Source: Amphiscolops sp. MND2022
Lineage: Eukaryota
Length of the DNA stretch: 64,000 bases
Direction of reading: 5' to 3'
Assembly: GCA_964187785.1 (NCBI GenBank)
Contig: OZ076409.1
Span: 21,764,001 to 21,828,000, forward strand
Numbering within the stretch: position 1 is the stretch's first letter; each line of letters begins with the position of its first letter. The position numbers and the translations under genes are program-made. This document shows positions 19,833 to 31,340 of the stretch, piece after piece. Below the pieces are notes generated by a model that did not search any database, had not been told where the DNA came from, and was given only the letters and a program-made list of their open reading frames with translations.

Positions 19833-21235
19833 GGCTGGATTTCAACAGTGGGGATTGGTTGTTCACTGATTTGGCTGGTAGGGATTGTGAATTCATGACG
19901 TTTCTTCCTGGGGTCATTCGCCGCGTTAGCTCCGTACCAGCAGTTCTCGGTTTTGTGGAGCTTTCCGCAAGTGTCGCACTTTGATTTGGGTGGTTCAATG
20001 GTGTTGGGGGCGGCGTTCCGTGCTTTAGTTTCGTAGTAACGATCTTTTCGTAATTTGCGGCATTGTGCTTTATAATGCCCCTGTTTGCCACAGTGAAAGC
20101 AACTTCCTCGTTGGGTGAGTTCCTTTTTTGGTTCCGGTGGGACGACGTCGACCGTATTTAGTGGTACTAGTGTGGTTTCGTCTGGGGCTCCCAGGCCATT
20201 AAGGCGCATCTCTCGTTCGAGATGTAGGACAATATCATTATAGGGTTTGTCCTCGAGGTAGGCTCGGTTGAGGATCTTTTTGACGTGGTCTGGCACTTTG
20301 GCGTATATGGCCTTGTCTATAAATTTTTGTGCTTCAGAGCCGAACGCTTCTTTAGCCGTTTTTTGTAGTGTATCCAAAAATTCATGTAATTTTTGTTTGG
20401 TTGGGTCAAAATGTAGCGAGTTCCATTCGCATCTCGCTTTGGCAGAAGATTGAAAGTCTCCGAAGCGCCGTTTAAACGCCGTAATTACCTCCTCTAAGTT
20501 ATCTTTTTTGGCATCGTCTAAGTTGCAATATGCTTGTAGTGCATTGCCTCGTAGTAGTGAGTGGAAGTAGTTGATTTTTTGGATTTCTGTTAGATGTGGG
20601 TACATTTTTATGTTGTTCCGGAATAAGTCCTCGAAAAGTTCGAATTTTTCTGACTTACCATCGAATACAGGCAATGATGCAGTGAGTGCTTTGGGCATTG
20701 GGGGTAGGTGGGGCGGCTGGTGTATTTCTGGTTGGGGAGCGAAGAGTAGTCGTGATGTCGAAGGACGTTCGTTGGGTGGCAGGCTTTGTGGACGGTGCGG
20801 TCGTGTTTTCTTCTTTCCGAGGTTCGTTGAGTCATTGAGGACTCCTGTCACCATGTTACGACTATTTATCGGGGTGATTTTTTGATTAGTCGCAGTGGTT
20901 TTCTTTTTGATTGGTGTCGAAGTTGCATTTCCCGGGATATTTTCGGATTCAGAATCTGTTTCTTCAGTAGTAGCTATGACAGTTTGTTTTTTAACAGGAG
21001 CAGCTATTAGTTTTAACACCTCCTTTTGATTTTCAGCTAAGACTTTGGTAAGATCAGACATGATCTCTTTTCTTAGTGAAGACTTGATTTCCTCTAGATT
21101 TTCAGTGATTACTCTAGGAGATTTACTCGTCCCTGCTACGGGATTTAAGTTTTGGTTAGCCTCAGTTATTGGGGTCTCCATTTCGGTTGAAACTAGTTCT
21201 TCAACAGCTTTTCTCTTCTGGCTTCTAGTAGTCAT
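19823..21235 (-). CDS. gag: Gag of element A with zinc knuckles; begins inside the 5' LTR
   Basis: MTTRSQKRK start at 21235; LPVFDGKSEKFELFEDLF capsid-like region; CFHCGKQGHYKAQC and CDTCGKLHKTENC. Confidence 0.92.
   Translation of the reverse strand: MTTRSQKRKAVEELVSTEMETPITEANQNLNPVAGTSKSPRVITENLEEIKSSLRKEIMSDLTKVLAENQKEVLKLIAAPVKKQTVIATTEETDSESENIPGNATSTPIKKKTTATNQKITPINSRNMVTGVLNDSTNLGKKKTRPHRPQSLPPNERPSTSRLLFAPQPEIHQPPHLPPMPKALTASLPVFDGKSEKFELFEDLFRNNIKMYPHLTEIQKINYFHSLLRGNALQAYCNLDDAKKDNLEEVITAFKRRFGDFQSSAKARCEWNSLHFDPTKQKLHEFLDTLQKTAKEAFGSEAQKFIDKAIYAKVPDHVKKILNRAYLEDKPYNDIVLHLEREMRLNGLGAPDETTLVPLNTVDVVPPEPKKELTQRGSCFHCGKQGHYKAQCRKLRKDRYYETKARNAAPNTIEPPKSKCDTCGKLHKTENCWYGANAANDPRKKRHEFTIPTSQISEQPIPTVEIQPKN
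20841..20853 (-). promoter_or_regulatory. Primer binding site TGGTGACAGGAGT (possibly tRNA-Leu-like)
   Basis: Directly follows the CA end of the 5' LTR and begins with TGG. It resembles the complement of tRNA-Leu 3' ends (from memory, TGGTGTCAGGAGT) with one mismatch. Confidence 0.75.
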
Positions 21236-22971
21236 TTTAGATAGAGTGAGAGAGTGATTATTCTTTGGGAATTTTGAATTCTTCAAAGAAATATGATTTT
21301 CAAAACGAAGTATTAACGGAGTAGATTAGGAAAACTGATTAAACAGATTTACAAATCCTTAGGTATATATACTTTCACAGCATCATTTGTTCCTCACCTA
21401 AAAATTCCTAGGAATCCTTAAAATCGGTTTTGTTCAACAAAAATGCTTAATCATCCTTATTATTTCAACCCTTTTATTAATTGTTCATGACTTAAAATTC
21501 CTAGTCACGGATCCCTTACGGAGTACTTGTTGAAATCATTTTTGTTCATTAACATCATTTCCGGTTTGATCGCGGAAAAAGGCGGCAAAACAAATGTCTA
21601 GTTGAAACTTCATCGCGGAAAGCACGCGGGCGTGAACGATGAATCACTTCACGAGCGGTAAACTTTCAGCTTGCGATAAAAGAAATGACAAGCGAAATTT
21701 GTTACGGAGATATCTCGGGCGAATTTTGGATTGATAAACTGTGATATTTGAGAAGGAACAAATGATGCTGGAAAAGTGATGAATACGAACTAAAAAACCT
21801 GATTATTGTAAATCAGAAAACAACCAACAATAATCTATCTAACTTTACATGAATTGAGTTAGTTAACACTGACAAATGCAACAATTAAATAGCATATACA
21901 TGAAAGCAACGTTTCTACAACGTGATTAATACACAGAATATTCTCCTACAGAATAGGAAGAAGCACCCTTTCGTAAGGATTCACTTTTATCCTAATTAAC
22001 AGCACGAACTTTTTAATCAATCACTAAAACGGAGAAAATCCGGGTGGAGAAAGTAAAACCTTATGATAATTTAAATAACTCAGAATGATTCTACATGACC
22101 TCAGGAACATCCTAATGTATTTGGATAGCTTCTGTGTTTTAGGATTTTCCACGCTTGTCTTACATGTATTAACATTAGGTATAACTTCATCGATTTACAA
22201 TTTGCCCCGTAAACGCTCCGTACGTATTAAGATTAGGTATAGCTTCTTCGCATTACAATTTGCTCCGTAAGCGCTCCGTACGTATTAAGATTAGGTATAG
22301 TTGAGCAGAGCTTGCTTGCGGAGATAGAGCGGACAGCGTTAACAAATTCATTCTTATTCTTTCGCTCAATTGGCGTTGCTATGGTAACTAGGGATGGTGA
22401 AAGACGACGCTATTGGTCCGTAAAAATAGAAACATCTACTTTTCAATCAAGCTTAGTGACGCTGCCATTACGTTGTAAATATTCTCTTAAGTTGTTAAAC
22501 TGCATTCTTAAGTGGATATTCACAACTAATCAATCATTGGAAAACAATTCCACCATTCTCTTTGTATGTTCTTTCATTTTAGATTGTATGCGTTCCGTTG
22601 GGATCACGGAATTAAATATTGTTTTAGTGTTTTCATTTTAGTGTGGAGAAAAGAAAAATTGATCCCAGTGTTAAGGATGTTTCCTTTTTAATATTTAGAT
22701 TGGCATGGAATTTTCATCAGTCGGAACCGGAAGTGATGAAACGATTGCATGTGAAATCATTAAACCGGAAATTTTCTTTTTGTCTAAATCATTTTTGAAT
22801 AATTTACGTTGCTCTTTCGTTAAACTTAATTCGTGCTGCTGTTTGGATAAAAGGTAAGGCATTAAATAGAGTTTACTTAATGTTGTGTAGCTCTGCCGTG
22901 TCCTTTTCCTCGCGTGAATTGCGGAATTCCTCCACAGCAAGTGAAATCCCGACCGGGAGCGGGTCGTGACA
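20854..22971 (-). repeat. 5' LTR of element A
   Basis: Direct repeat of 7322-9439, followed by the PBS on the minus strand. Confidence 0.97.
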
Positions 22972-23013
22972 CAAAGGTAACACAAAAGTATCAAAATAAT
23001 AGGACCGAATTCT

Positions 23014-24455
23014 TCATCTTTTTTCCGTGAAATAATCTTCGCGTATTAGCCTTACACAGAGGGACAAGAGTTTATGCGGTTGTACCCTGCCATGAATATT
23101 ATTATCCCAATGTTGAACTAGCTCTTCTTGGGACTTTTCACTTGTTTTTCTTCGATACATCAGAAGCGCGTCGTGAGGTAGGCATTTGCAGTTTATTTTG
23201 AGCATACTGGCTTCAAAACATAGGATTTTCAATAAGCAGAAAGAACGGCAATTTGGCTTAATGTCCAGCTTTTTTATTTTCCGATGCCACTCCTCATCGT
23301 TATTTGTCCGAGTTGCCCGCATGAAAACAGATACGCTGTCAGGACTCCAAATTGTATTTTCTAACCAGTTAGACACTTTATGCTGCAAAGTAGCTCTTGT
23401 ATCACCGGAGAAATATTTGCTATGTTCTTCTAAACACTCCGTCATCATTCCAGGTCGCAATTATACCAATGTTATCGTTTTTTGACATAATTTTCTTGTA
23501 TGAACACAAGTCTCGTAATCAGTCTGTAGACCCGAGCTCTGAACACAGTTACAGTTTGAGTCCAATGGAAACTACAGCCTTTAATTCTCGAATTGGGATA
23601 TACTCGTCGAAAGGCCAACCACATTGCAGCTTCATAATTCTTGATAAACGCATTTGGGTTCAGTTCTGGTACTAAATCTTTTATCTTGTCCAAAACACTG
23701 ATGTAATCCTCCTTAGTTTTCCCAGACAAAAGAACAAATAACAAAGACACCTGTTTTGTGGGGTCGTTGTAATTAATAAAACACTGAAAAGAATACAATT
23801 GGCAGAACGACTTACGTACAGTCCTGTGCTAAAAGAATGGAACCCCTGTTTGGTAATTAAGTTTGGAACGCCTGATGAGTTTGCGAATTTCTCGAAAATA
23901 GTCAAATTTTCCAAAATATGATAGAAACAAAAGTTTCTTGGAATTTTGTCTAGTTTACATTCGTCTAATTTGATTGTACATTATGAAATGTGCCATCGAC
24001 ATATACAACACTTGCTTTGCAGAGAATAAATAGCTGGTGTTTTGTTGCAAACAAAAGGGAGCGACCTCCACTGCGATTTGTTAGTTCACCAAGAAGAGAG
24101 TCCCCCACACAGTCCTTATTATCTTCGAATTGTAAATATTTTGGTTCTTCCGGACGAATATTTGCACGTTTTCTGTTAACAGCTTTTGTAAGAATCTCTA
24201 CGGTTAGAATTTGTAATCAATTAGTAATATGGTTCAAATTTTGAACGAGGGCATTTTCAGCGCTTGCAGATGCAAGTGTAAACATATCTGACTTCGCTAT
24301 CTTTTAAACATCTTCGAATATTCCACGTTTGGCAAAATGGATTGGAGGATTTAGGCCAGTCTCAAAGCTTAAATCAGTCTGGGTTACTGTTGCGCTACAA
24401 TGCCCATGTTTATTGTTACTTCGATGGCTACGCCTCCAAAATTTACGTTGGCCCC
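23014..24455 (-). pseudogene. MULE transposase pseudogene (catalytic and C-terminal part)
   Basis: KQVSLLFVLLSGKTKEDY, NYEAAMWLAFRRVYPNSRIKGCSFHWTQ, RTNNDEEWHRKI; frameshifted. Confidence 0.85.
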
Positions 24456-26898
24456 TGTCGTAAGCACTAGCATTTGTGGTTCCGTCAATTGGACGATCAC
24501 GGAATTGCTCACTTCTTGAGTTTTTCCTAGTTTTCTCAGAGCAGTTTTCTTCGGGATTAATTTCCGGTCTCTCGGACGGAACGTTCCATCTATTTTGTGT
24601 CAAATGGCCCAATCCGGAATATAGGGCAGTTTGAATCTGAGGCAATATTTGACTATCAATTGCATCACTAATTGCCCTTTGGATCTGGGCATTGACACTA
24701 CTCATCATCCCATCTAATTCTCTAGATAACCTCGAGTTCAACTCGCTCAACAATCTGTTAATCTCAGCATTAGATTTAGTACCGACTGAATTCTGGCCGT
24801 AATCGGCATTTATCCCTGTACTGACAACTCGTAGACTTGAGTACATGTTTTCATCGTCATTTCCAAAGATATTGCTAATGGCACTTTCGGGCCTTCTTGC
24901 AAGATTCCTGTCTAAGCTTTCTCCTCTTCCTTTGAATATGCAATGAAGAAAGTCCGAGCGAAAATAGTGAATTATCTTGTTCGGAAATTAGGATTTTGTA
25001 CGTTGTATCGTAAACAGGTATGTCAAACTAGTCTTGGAGAAGCAAAAAACAATTGTGTCCCTGAGGGACACAATTGTTTTTTGCTTCTCCAAGACTAGTT
25101 TGACATACCTGTTTACGATACAACGTACAAAATCCTAATTTCCGAACAAGATAATTCACTATTTTCGCTCGGACTTTCTTCATTGCATATTCAAAGGAAG
25201 AGGAGAAAGCTTAGACAGGAATCTTGCAAGAAGGCTCGAAAGTGCCATTAGCAATATCTTTGGAAATGACGATGAAAACATGTACTCAAGTCTACGAGTT
25301 GTCAGTACAGGGATAAATGCCGATTAGTATTTTTCCCGAGAGGCTCTCGGGAAAAATACTAATATATGTACCCCTGAGAGGGTGACACTCAAATACCTTG
25401 CATAACGATCTATTTACAGATTCCATAAAAGGCACATGACTATGGCGGGTAACCACTAACATTCATTCGTTTTTAGCGGCGTCAACTACATCAAAGCAGT
25501 TTAGGAATTTGTCCCGTTAGGGTCAAAGGGCATTCATACCTAATTCATTCGCAGCAACATTATTTAAAGTGTACATAAAATATGGAATGCACTCAAATGC
25601 ATTTTCTAACTGCAAATACTATCATCAAAGGGGAGCGGAGGAATTTAGCCTTATTATATTAGGCAAACAACACTTTGACCAAACATCAAAACTAATACTT
25701 TCAAATTGTTTACAGTGAGAGGAAAGTACACTATTTAGCGGCACGTGCCTACACACGTGCGTAGAATCAACAAAACAAAGACACAGTTTCATTCAATAGA
25801 AATGAACATAATATAGTAATATGGCCCGATACGGCCATTGGACTTGGAAGCTGGCCAATAGCGAAGGCCGGAATAGGACAGGTGACGGGTATTCGGATTG
25901 CTACTACTGGTCGTTATTATTGCACTAATTGGATTTAAAAAGCTCATTAACATCTTCAAGTATATAAATATAATCTTTAATGACTGTAAAACAAACTCAT
26001 TCATGCTTAAAAGCATCTCTAATGCTATTAGCAAAATGGCCTAATCCGGCCATTTGCCTTTTGTCCTGCATTACCAATCTAATATAATGTCAAGTGGCCA
26101 TATACGGCCAATCAAATAAAAATGTGTACAGCGCTTTACACAATCTGGCCTGAATACGCTAATTGCACCGTACTAAGTAATCATTATTAAATACTGGTCA
26201 AACGGCCTTAACCGTCTGAAAGAGCTAAGTTTGGGTTATAGTTAGGTAATACTGCACTAGAGGGGTTATTTAGCCTAAGAGTACAAGCACATGAATCCTG
26301 GTTGAGTGTGAGAACATTCAGCATCACAATTGCGCTTTATGTGAAATGGCCGGAACCGGCCGTTTGACTGAATGTTTATTAAAAGCAGCGAAGTTATGTC
26401 TACAGGCCTTATTCGGCCATTAATGAATGGAAGTATTAACTGCGTAGCAAATGGAGTCTTTTGATTGGACAAGGCCGCGTGCTCAAGTGACGTTTCTGGT
26501 ACAGGATTTTATCAATAGCAACTATAATTAAAACAATTAGCAATTTTTCTCCTAACACCTTTAATCATTGCATCTGACGTATTAAGACAGCTTCAAGTAC
26601 TTTCCACGAAAATACACAGCACAACTGATTAAATAGTACATATTACTTGATGAAAACTAAATAGGCAGGAACCGGCCATTGGACCAGCGTGTGCGAGCAT
26701 AGTAGTTAGATTAAGGCAAGCGGCCATAACCGGCCAAATAATGTATTTTTGAGAGATAATACTAGCTATACTGCACTGTGATTGGTTAAATTTCAGTTTT
26801 AACATCATAATGTAGGAAGCGTTCCTGGTGCGATGTTTTGTCCGTCTGCTGATGTCTTGATGATTGTTCCATTGCAGGCGGCAGCCCCCATTGCGACA
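24456..26898 (-). mobile_element. Solo LTR of a third Gypsy family related to element B
   Basis: Plus-strand termini TGTCGTAAG...ATTGCGACA, perfect TSD GCCCC (24451-24455 and 26899-26903); encodes a gag N-terminal piece (AEINRLLSELNSRLSRELD...QIQRAISDAI) similar to element B LTRs. Confidence 0.92.
24800..25326. repeat. Near-perfect 527-bp palindrome (263-bp arms, 1-nt centre at 25063), followed by a second ~41-bp palindrome at 25323-25363
   Basis: Centre ...AATTGTGTCCCT G AGGGACACAATT...; one mismatch seen between the arms. Confidence 0.95.
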
Positions 26899-27075
26899 GC
26901 CCCGAGTTCTTGTTTTAGTATAGACAAAATCACCTTTTGAAACTAGGAAACTCATGCCCCTTTCGCTTGCTCCATGCAAAATCTCATAACTAGGATTTCC
27001 AAATTGCATATCATCGACCGTTGAACAATGGGAGTCTGGGATAGACAGGATAGACATATTTTCATCAAGTCCCAT
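26899..27075 (-). pseudogene. MULE transposase N-terminus (FLYWCH-like zinc finger, split by the solo LTR)
   Basis: ASERGMSFLVSKGDFVYTKTRTRG continues across the TSD as QRKFWRRSHRSNNKHGHCSATVTQ below 24455. Confidence 0.7.
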
Positions 27076-28439
27076 GGAATTTTTTCCACCTTCAGTTCTG
27101 GAATCAAGTCCTCGATGTTATTGTTAATTCCGTAAAATCCTTGGAGTGACCTACCTCGACATGGCTGTTTAGATAACTCAACTGGACAAATGGTCGACAA
27201 AACGCTTTATACACATATTTGGACGATTTCGTAAACCAATACCTTGACAGAATGGATTGGACAACTGGTCGACAACAACAAAATTATTTCCAATTTTAGA
27301 TGAAGAAACTATGAAACTTGAATCAAGAAGTTGTAAGCGTGTCGACGAATTGTTCAAGCCTCCAAGAAGTTGTCGATCAACCGCCCGGTTCCTCAATGTC
27401 AAGTTTTTTGTGAAGAGAAAGCTTAGGCATCTTTTCGTACTTTAGGGTTGACTGATCCCTGGTTGGAACTGCTTGATTTTGTTACATGTTTTTGTAGGTT
27501 ACCAAGCTAATTTTCCATGATTTTATAAAACTCTCGAAGAAATGTCCATGCATTAAATCTTCACTGATTCGATTTAATTTTATCAAGCTGCCTATAAAAT
27601 GCATCTTAAATTTGGAGGCAATTCTGCGCCGCAACGTTTTGCAAGTTTCATAAAGACGCCGTTCTAGTTTTGAAAGTAGCTGAGACCTTAATCAATTTTA
27701 CCGCGCTTTCAATGCAAAAAAATTCAGTCACAATATGAGTTTCAAAGTAGCGTCATATCCAGCGTGCTATTTGGCTAACAGTGATTACATAAGGTACTTA
27801 CGTGAGAAACTTACGCGTGCAAACAAAGTGATCGCGGTGGCGAAGAAGTGGAAATGTTTTCAGTTTTAATTCAAATAGTGAAGGCTGCATTGTAATCCTA
27901 CAAAATGTTTCCATGCACTGTCCCGGAATTTTCCATGTTTTATAAAAAAAATTAGCATGTTTCCAAGCAGCATGTAAAAAGTTCAAGCAATCTCGACTAG
28001 GGATCGCTCTCAATCGTTCGTTTCGAAGGCGTTTTAGCAGATGAAACTAAATGCTTGCAAATTTTACTGATACCCATGTTTGGCGCTTTGACAAGAGCGT
28101 TACATTTTATGCACTTTCGCCACTTCACTCCGTTGGGATATTGTTCTTAAACTCGAACAAGAACTTCTTGTTGATTTCAGATTTGGAAGAGCAACTCATT
28201 GAATATTCGACTGAAATCTTCGGTGTACCATCTTTGTTTGAATCCACCGGAAACTGAAAAAAAAACAAAGACAGTAGGAAAAACTTGAAAACATCGGCTC
28301 TATCCTAAAACTGGGATTGAGGTACTGGTCAATTTAGGTATTGGTATTGGTATTGAAGAGCTGTCATGGTAATGCGATTGGTATTGAATTCCCCGCGAGT
28401 ACCATGGGATAATTTCCAGTTTTGAGTCAAAACTAGGTC

Positions 28440-28829
28440 GGAGTGGATACGACTAAAAAGTCGACCAGAAGTGGTGCCAATTCTTTAAATCTTTGAGGGA
28501 GAACAGAAAAGTGTAATTGATCGTATCCCTTGGAGCTGGTATTATCGCATTTCCCAACCATAGCTTCAATGTCGGAGAAATACATGTGAGGTGATCAAGG
28601 ACAACTGTAGGCTTGAATCTTACTTTTTCCAAATTACGAATTGCTTCTTTTCGGTAAAGACAAAACTGAGGAAGGACTCGATAGCATTGAAAATTGCGTC
28701 ATCGTTATTGACTTTGTGGTTGTTATGGCACAATACCGAAGGAAAGAAAGGAGTTTTGAAAACCCAGGTTTCGGAGAAGGGAAGCTTTTGGTCGGCAATG
28801 ACAAATCAGAACTATCTATGAAGGCTTAA
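28440..28829 (-). pseudogene. LINE ORF2 fragment flanking element B
   Basis: Minus-strand translations PSVLCHNNHKVNNDDAIFNAIESFLSFVF and SDIEAMVGKCDNTSSKGYDQL resemble the pre-RT region of CR1-like LINEs. Confidence 0.5.
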
Positions 28830-30654
28830 TGTCATGTACAAAATGACTAGATAAGTCACCATTTTGGTGACCTTCGCCCTGTTCACTTCTCGAATTGTTT
28901 CTAGCATTTTGATTACGCTGTACTTCGGGATTAATTTCCGGTCTCTCAGCCGAAACATCCCATCCTTTTCTAGTCACACGTCCTGAACCGGCGAAAATGA
29001 CGTTTGGATTTGGGGCAATACCTGATTGCTTATAGCGTCATTTATGGCTCTCTGGATCTGAACACTGACAGAATTCATCATCTCATCCATTTCTCTGGAT
29101 ATCCTAGAGTTTAGTTCACTGGACAGTTTATTGATCTCAGCTTGAGAACTCACGTCCGCTGAATTTTGTCCATTAACGATGTTTGCCCTGACATTAGAAT
29201 TCATATGATTAGAGTATGAACTACCACCTTCATTTTCTAGATTATTCCTCATAACACTATCATGTCTTCTGACGGAAGCACTATCTAAGCTCTCATCCCT
29301 TTCAGTTTCATTGAAATGATTCTCACCTACCATGATGTCAAGGTTCTCAATATCTGAAAGGGATTCTAAGCCTTTTGATTTCGTTGGTTTCTTTTGCTTT
29401 CTTGTGGTAGGCATTGAGAAAAGTCCGAAATAAACAATGAATTACCCAACTCCGAAAACAACAGTGGAACCGTTTGTAGAACAACATTTACTAGGTACGT
29501 TAAATATGATTTGTGTCCCACTCAGGCTAAACACCGGTATTTATACCCCTGAGTAGATGACACTCACATTTTCCACATATTTCTAGTCAAGATTGATATC
29601 ATAAGGTTTGTAATGCACATGACATTTTCCCAAGTCTTTACATATCCTGGGAATATCAGACAACATTTTGAAAGGTATTTAACTCATACCGCAACTTCAA
29701 ACAACATATTTAACAAAACATCATTATTAAGGTGTCAACAAATGTTAATATGCAACAATGGAATTTGGCGCACTCAACTTCATAGAACGGTGTCGGCACG
29801 TGCCGCCACATGAGTGGGGTTGAGTTCGCTAGAGAATGAAAACACATGCAAAGTCTTATGGATACTTCAAAACAATACTATTTACTATAATAGCGTAAAA
29901 TACAACGTTTTCATAATAGGGCCGGAATTGGCCAAATCCAAATTATTAGATGAGCATCGGAAGAAAAGGGGTAAAATGCCTTCTTCGTCCATTAATGAAA
30001 TATCAGCCTCATTAAGTCATCAGAACAGCACAAGGGCGATTATTTGGTACTAAGATCACAGCTAAAGTAGCGCCGGTTGATTGCAGTCACAATTAGAATA
30101 GCAACATCGTGTTTATTTGAAATGGCCGTAATCGGCAATTTGACCAAAGCGTAGAATAAAATATTTACCTTGAGTCAATTGGCCTTACTCGGCCACTACT
30201 ATATTGAAGCCGCGCTAGTACACCAAAATGAAGCAACATGATTGGTTGGAATGTTGAGCTCAAGTGACGTTTCCGGAATTAGAGTTGGGGTCACTTGAAC
30301 TCGTTTCCCAATTGCCTTGCAGTTAATTCTTTTCAGCTTTACCTTGACTTTATCGTTACAGCACAATGAATAGCAAAATCACGTTAACAGACTAATGCGA
30401 AACAATTAAACTAAAATCTAAACAAACCAGGATTTACTTGATTGAAACGTCTGTCGTAATATTGAAATGTGGGATTAGTTCCCAATAAGCCCATCTCTCC
30501 GTTTAATTTACAAAAGCATTGTATCTAAAGATAAAGCAACATAAAAGTTCATGGAGTTTTAATTCCTTGTATATGGGTAACGTACCGGGTGCTACTTTTT
30601 ATCCGCTTGCCGTTGTAGTTATTTTAGTACCGTCACAGGCGGCAGCCTGCGACA
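28830..30654 (-). repeat. 3' LTR of element B
   Basis: Direct repeat of 43188-44985 with many substitutions and several indels. Confidence 0.93.
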
Positions 30655-31340
30655 CAGCGGTTGCTATAAAAAGTAGACTGCCTGCATTAAGTCCGTTTGT
30701 GTACGCTTCCTTTCTGAGTGCAGAGATATACGCCGGCTCACTCCATGGCGTTGATAGTTCCATATGCCTCTCTATCTTCTGAGCCTTGATCTCGTCAACT
30801 GATTTCCCACACACCATGCAACTGGTGCACCTTTGAGTGCTAATATCCGCATAGTGTAGTGAGCCTTGTATATGGTAAGACGCATGAAATCCACTACTCT
30901 CGACTTGCAATAAGGGTGTGTCTTGAGAAGGTCCCCTCTCATGAGAAGGGGGTGACATAGGTGATTCTGCAACTGGTAGAATTGTCTTGCTTAATTCGAT
31001 CCTCCTTTTCACATTGCCTCTTGGTGGCGCGTAACAGAGTTTTTCATCAAAGTAGGCTTTGTCCAATTTAGGCGTAATCTGCATTTCAGAGGACGAAGTA
31101 CTAGTGCCCGGTTCGTCAGTTGCGGTTGTCATTCTCCTTCCCGCTATTGGTTTAGGGCAGGCCTTCACTTGTGTATCCACCCTCTCTATCATTTCCTCAG
31201 TGTCCGTTGACCAGTCTGAATCCCATCCATCGAAGCTTCTTCGTCACTACTTATGTAGATCACTGAATCGGCTGAAGATTCTGAGCTGAAGTCTATGGAA
31301 CCAAAAAGTTTCCTCACTCTGTTGAATTTATTCATGATGA
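30599..31340 (-). pseudogene. Accessory sense ORF3 of element B (acidic, frameshifted), ending inside the 3' LTR
   Basis: 197-aa ORF 30599-31192 crosses the LTR boundary at 30654; upstream frameshifted part reads DSVIYISSDEEAS; contains CMVC. Confidence 0.55.

Larger units (their letters stand above)
7322..22971 (-). mobile_element. Full-length Ty3/Gypsy LTR retrotransposon (element A, 15.65 kb) with accessory genes
   Basis: Two 2118-bp direct repeats with termini TGTCACGAC...GTCGTAACA (minus strand), perfect 5-bp TSD CAAAG (7317-7321 and 22972-22976), PBS, gag and intact PR-RT-RH-IN pol. Confidence 0.97.
6925..27393 (-). mobile_element. Decayed MULE/Mutator DNA transposon hosting Gypsy element A and a solo LTR
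   Basis: Degenerate TIRs (cgattccggatgactggtcgacaac vs reverse complement aggaaccgggcggttgatcgacaac), GTCGAC-rich subterminal repeats at both ends, flanking direct repeat AATGTCAA at 6917-6924 and 27395-27402, and transposase remnants inside. Confidence 0.6.

Noticed and set aside
14647..21257. Numerous plus-strand ORFs opposite gag and pol
   Set aside because: Shadow ORFs of the coding strand with no recognisable motifs.
27400..28440. Possible further decayed element and GGTATT-rich repeat (similar motifs at 5350-5460)
   Set aside because: Too degenerate to assign boundaries or a family by eye.
28569..28829. Longer element B LTR ending at ...CTCCGACA, which would give a TGTCG/CGACA inverted terminus
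   Set aside because: The TSD match at the CATGACA end, the LINE-like translation of the extra sequence and similarity continuing past CGACA favour a copied flank.
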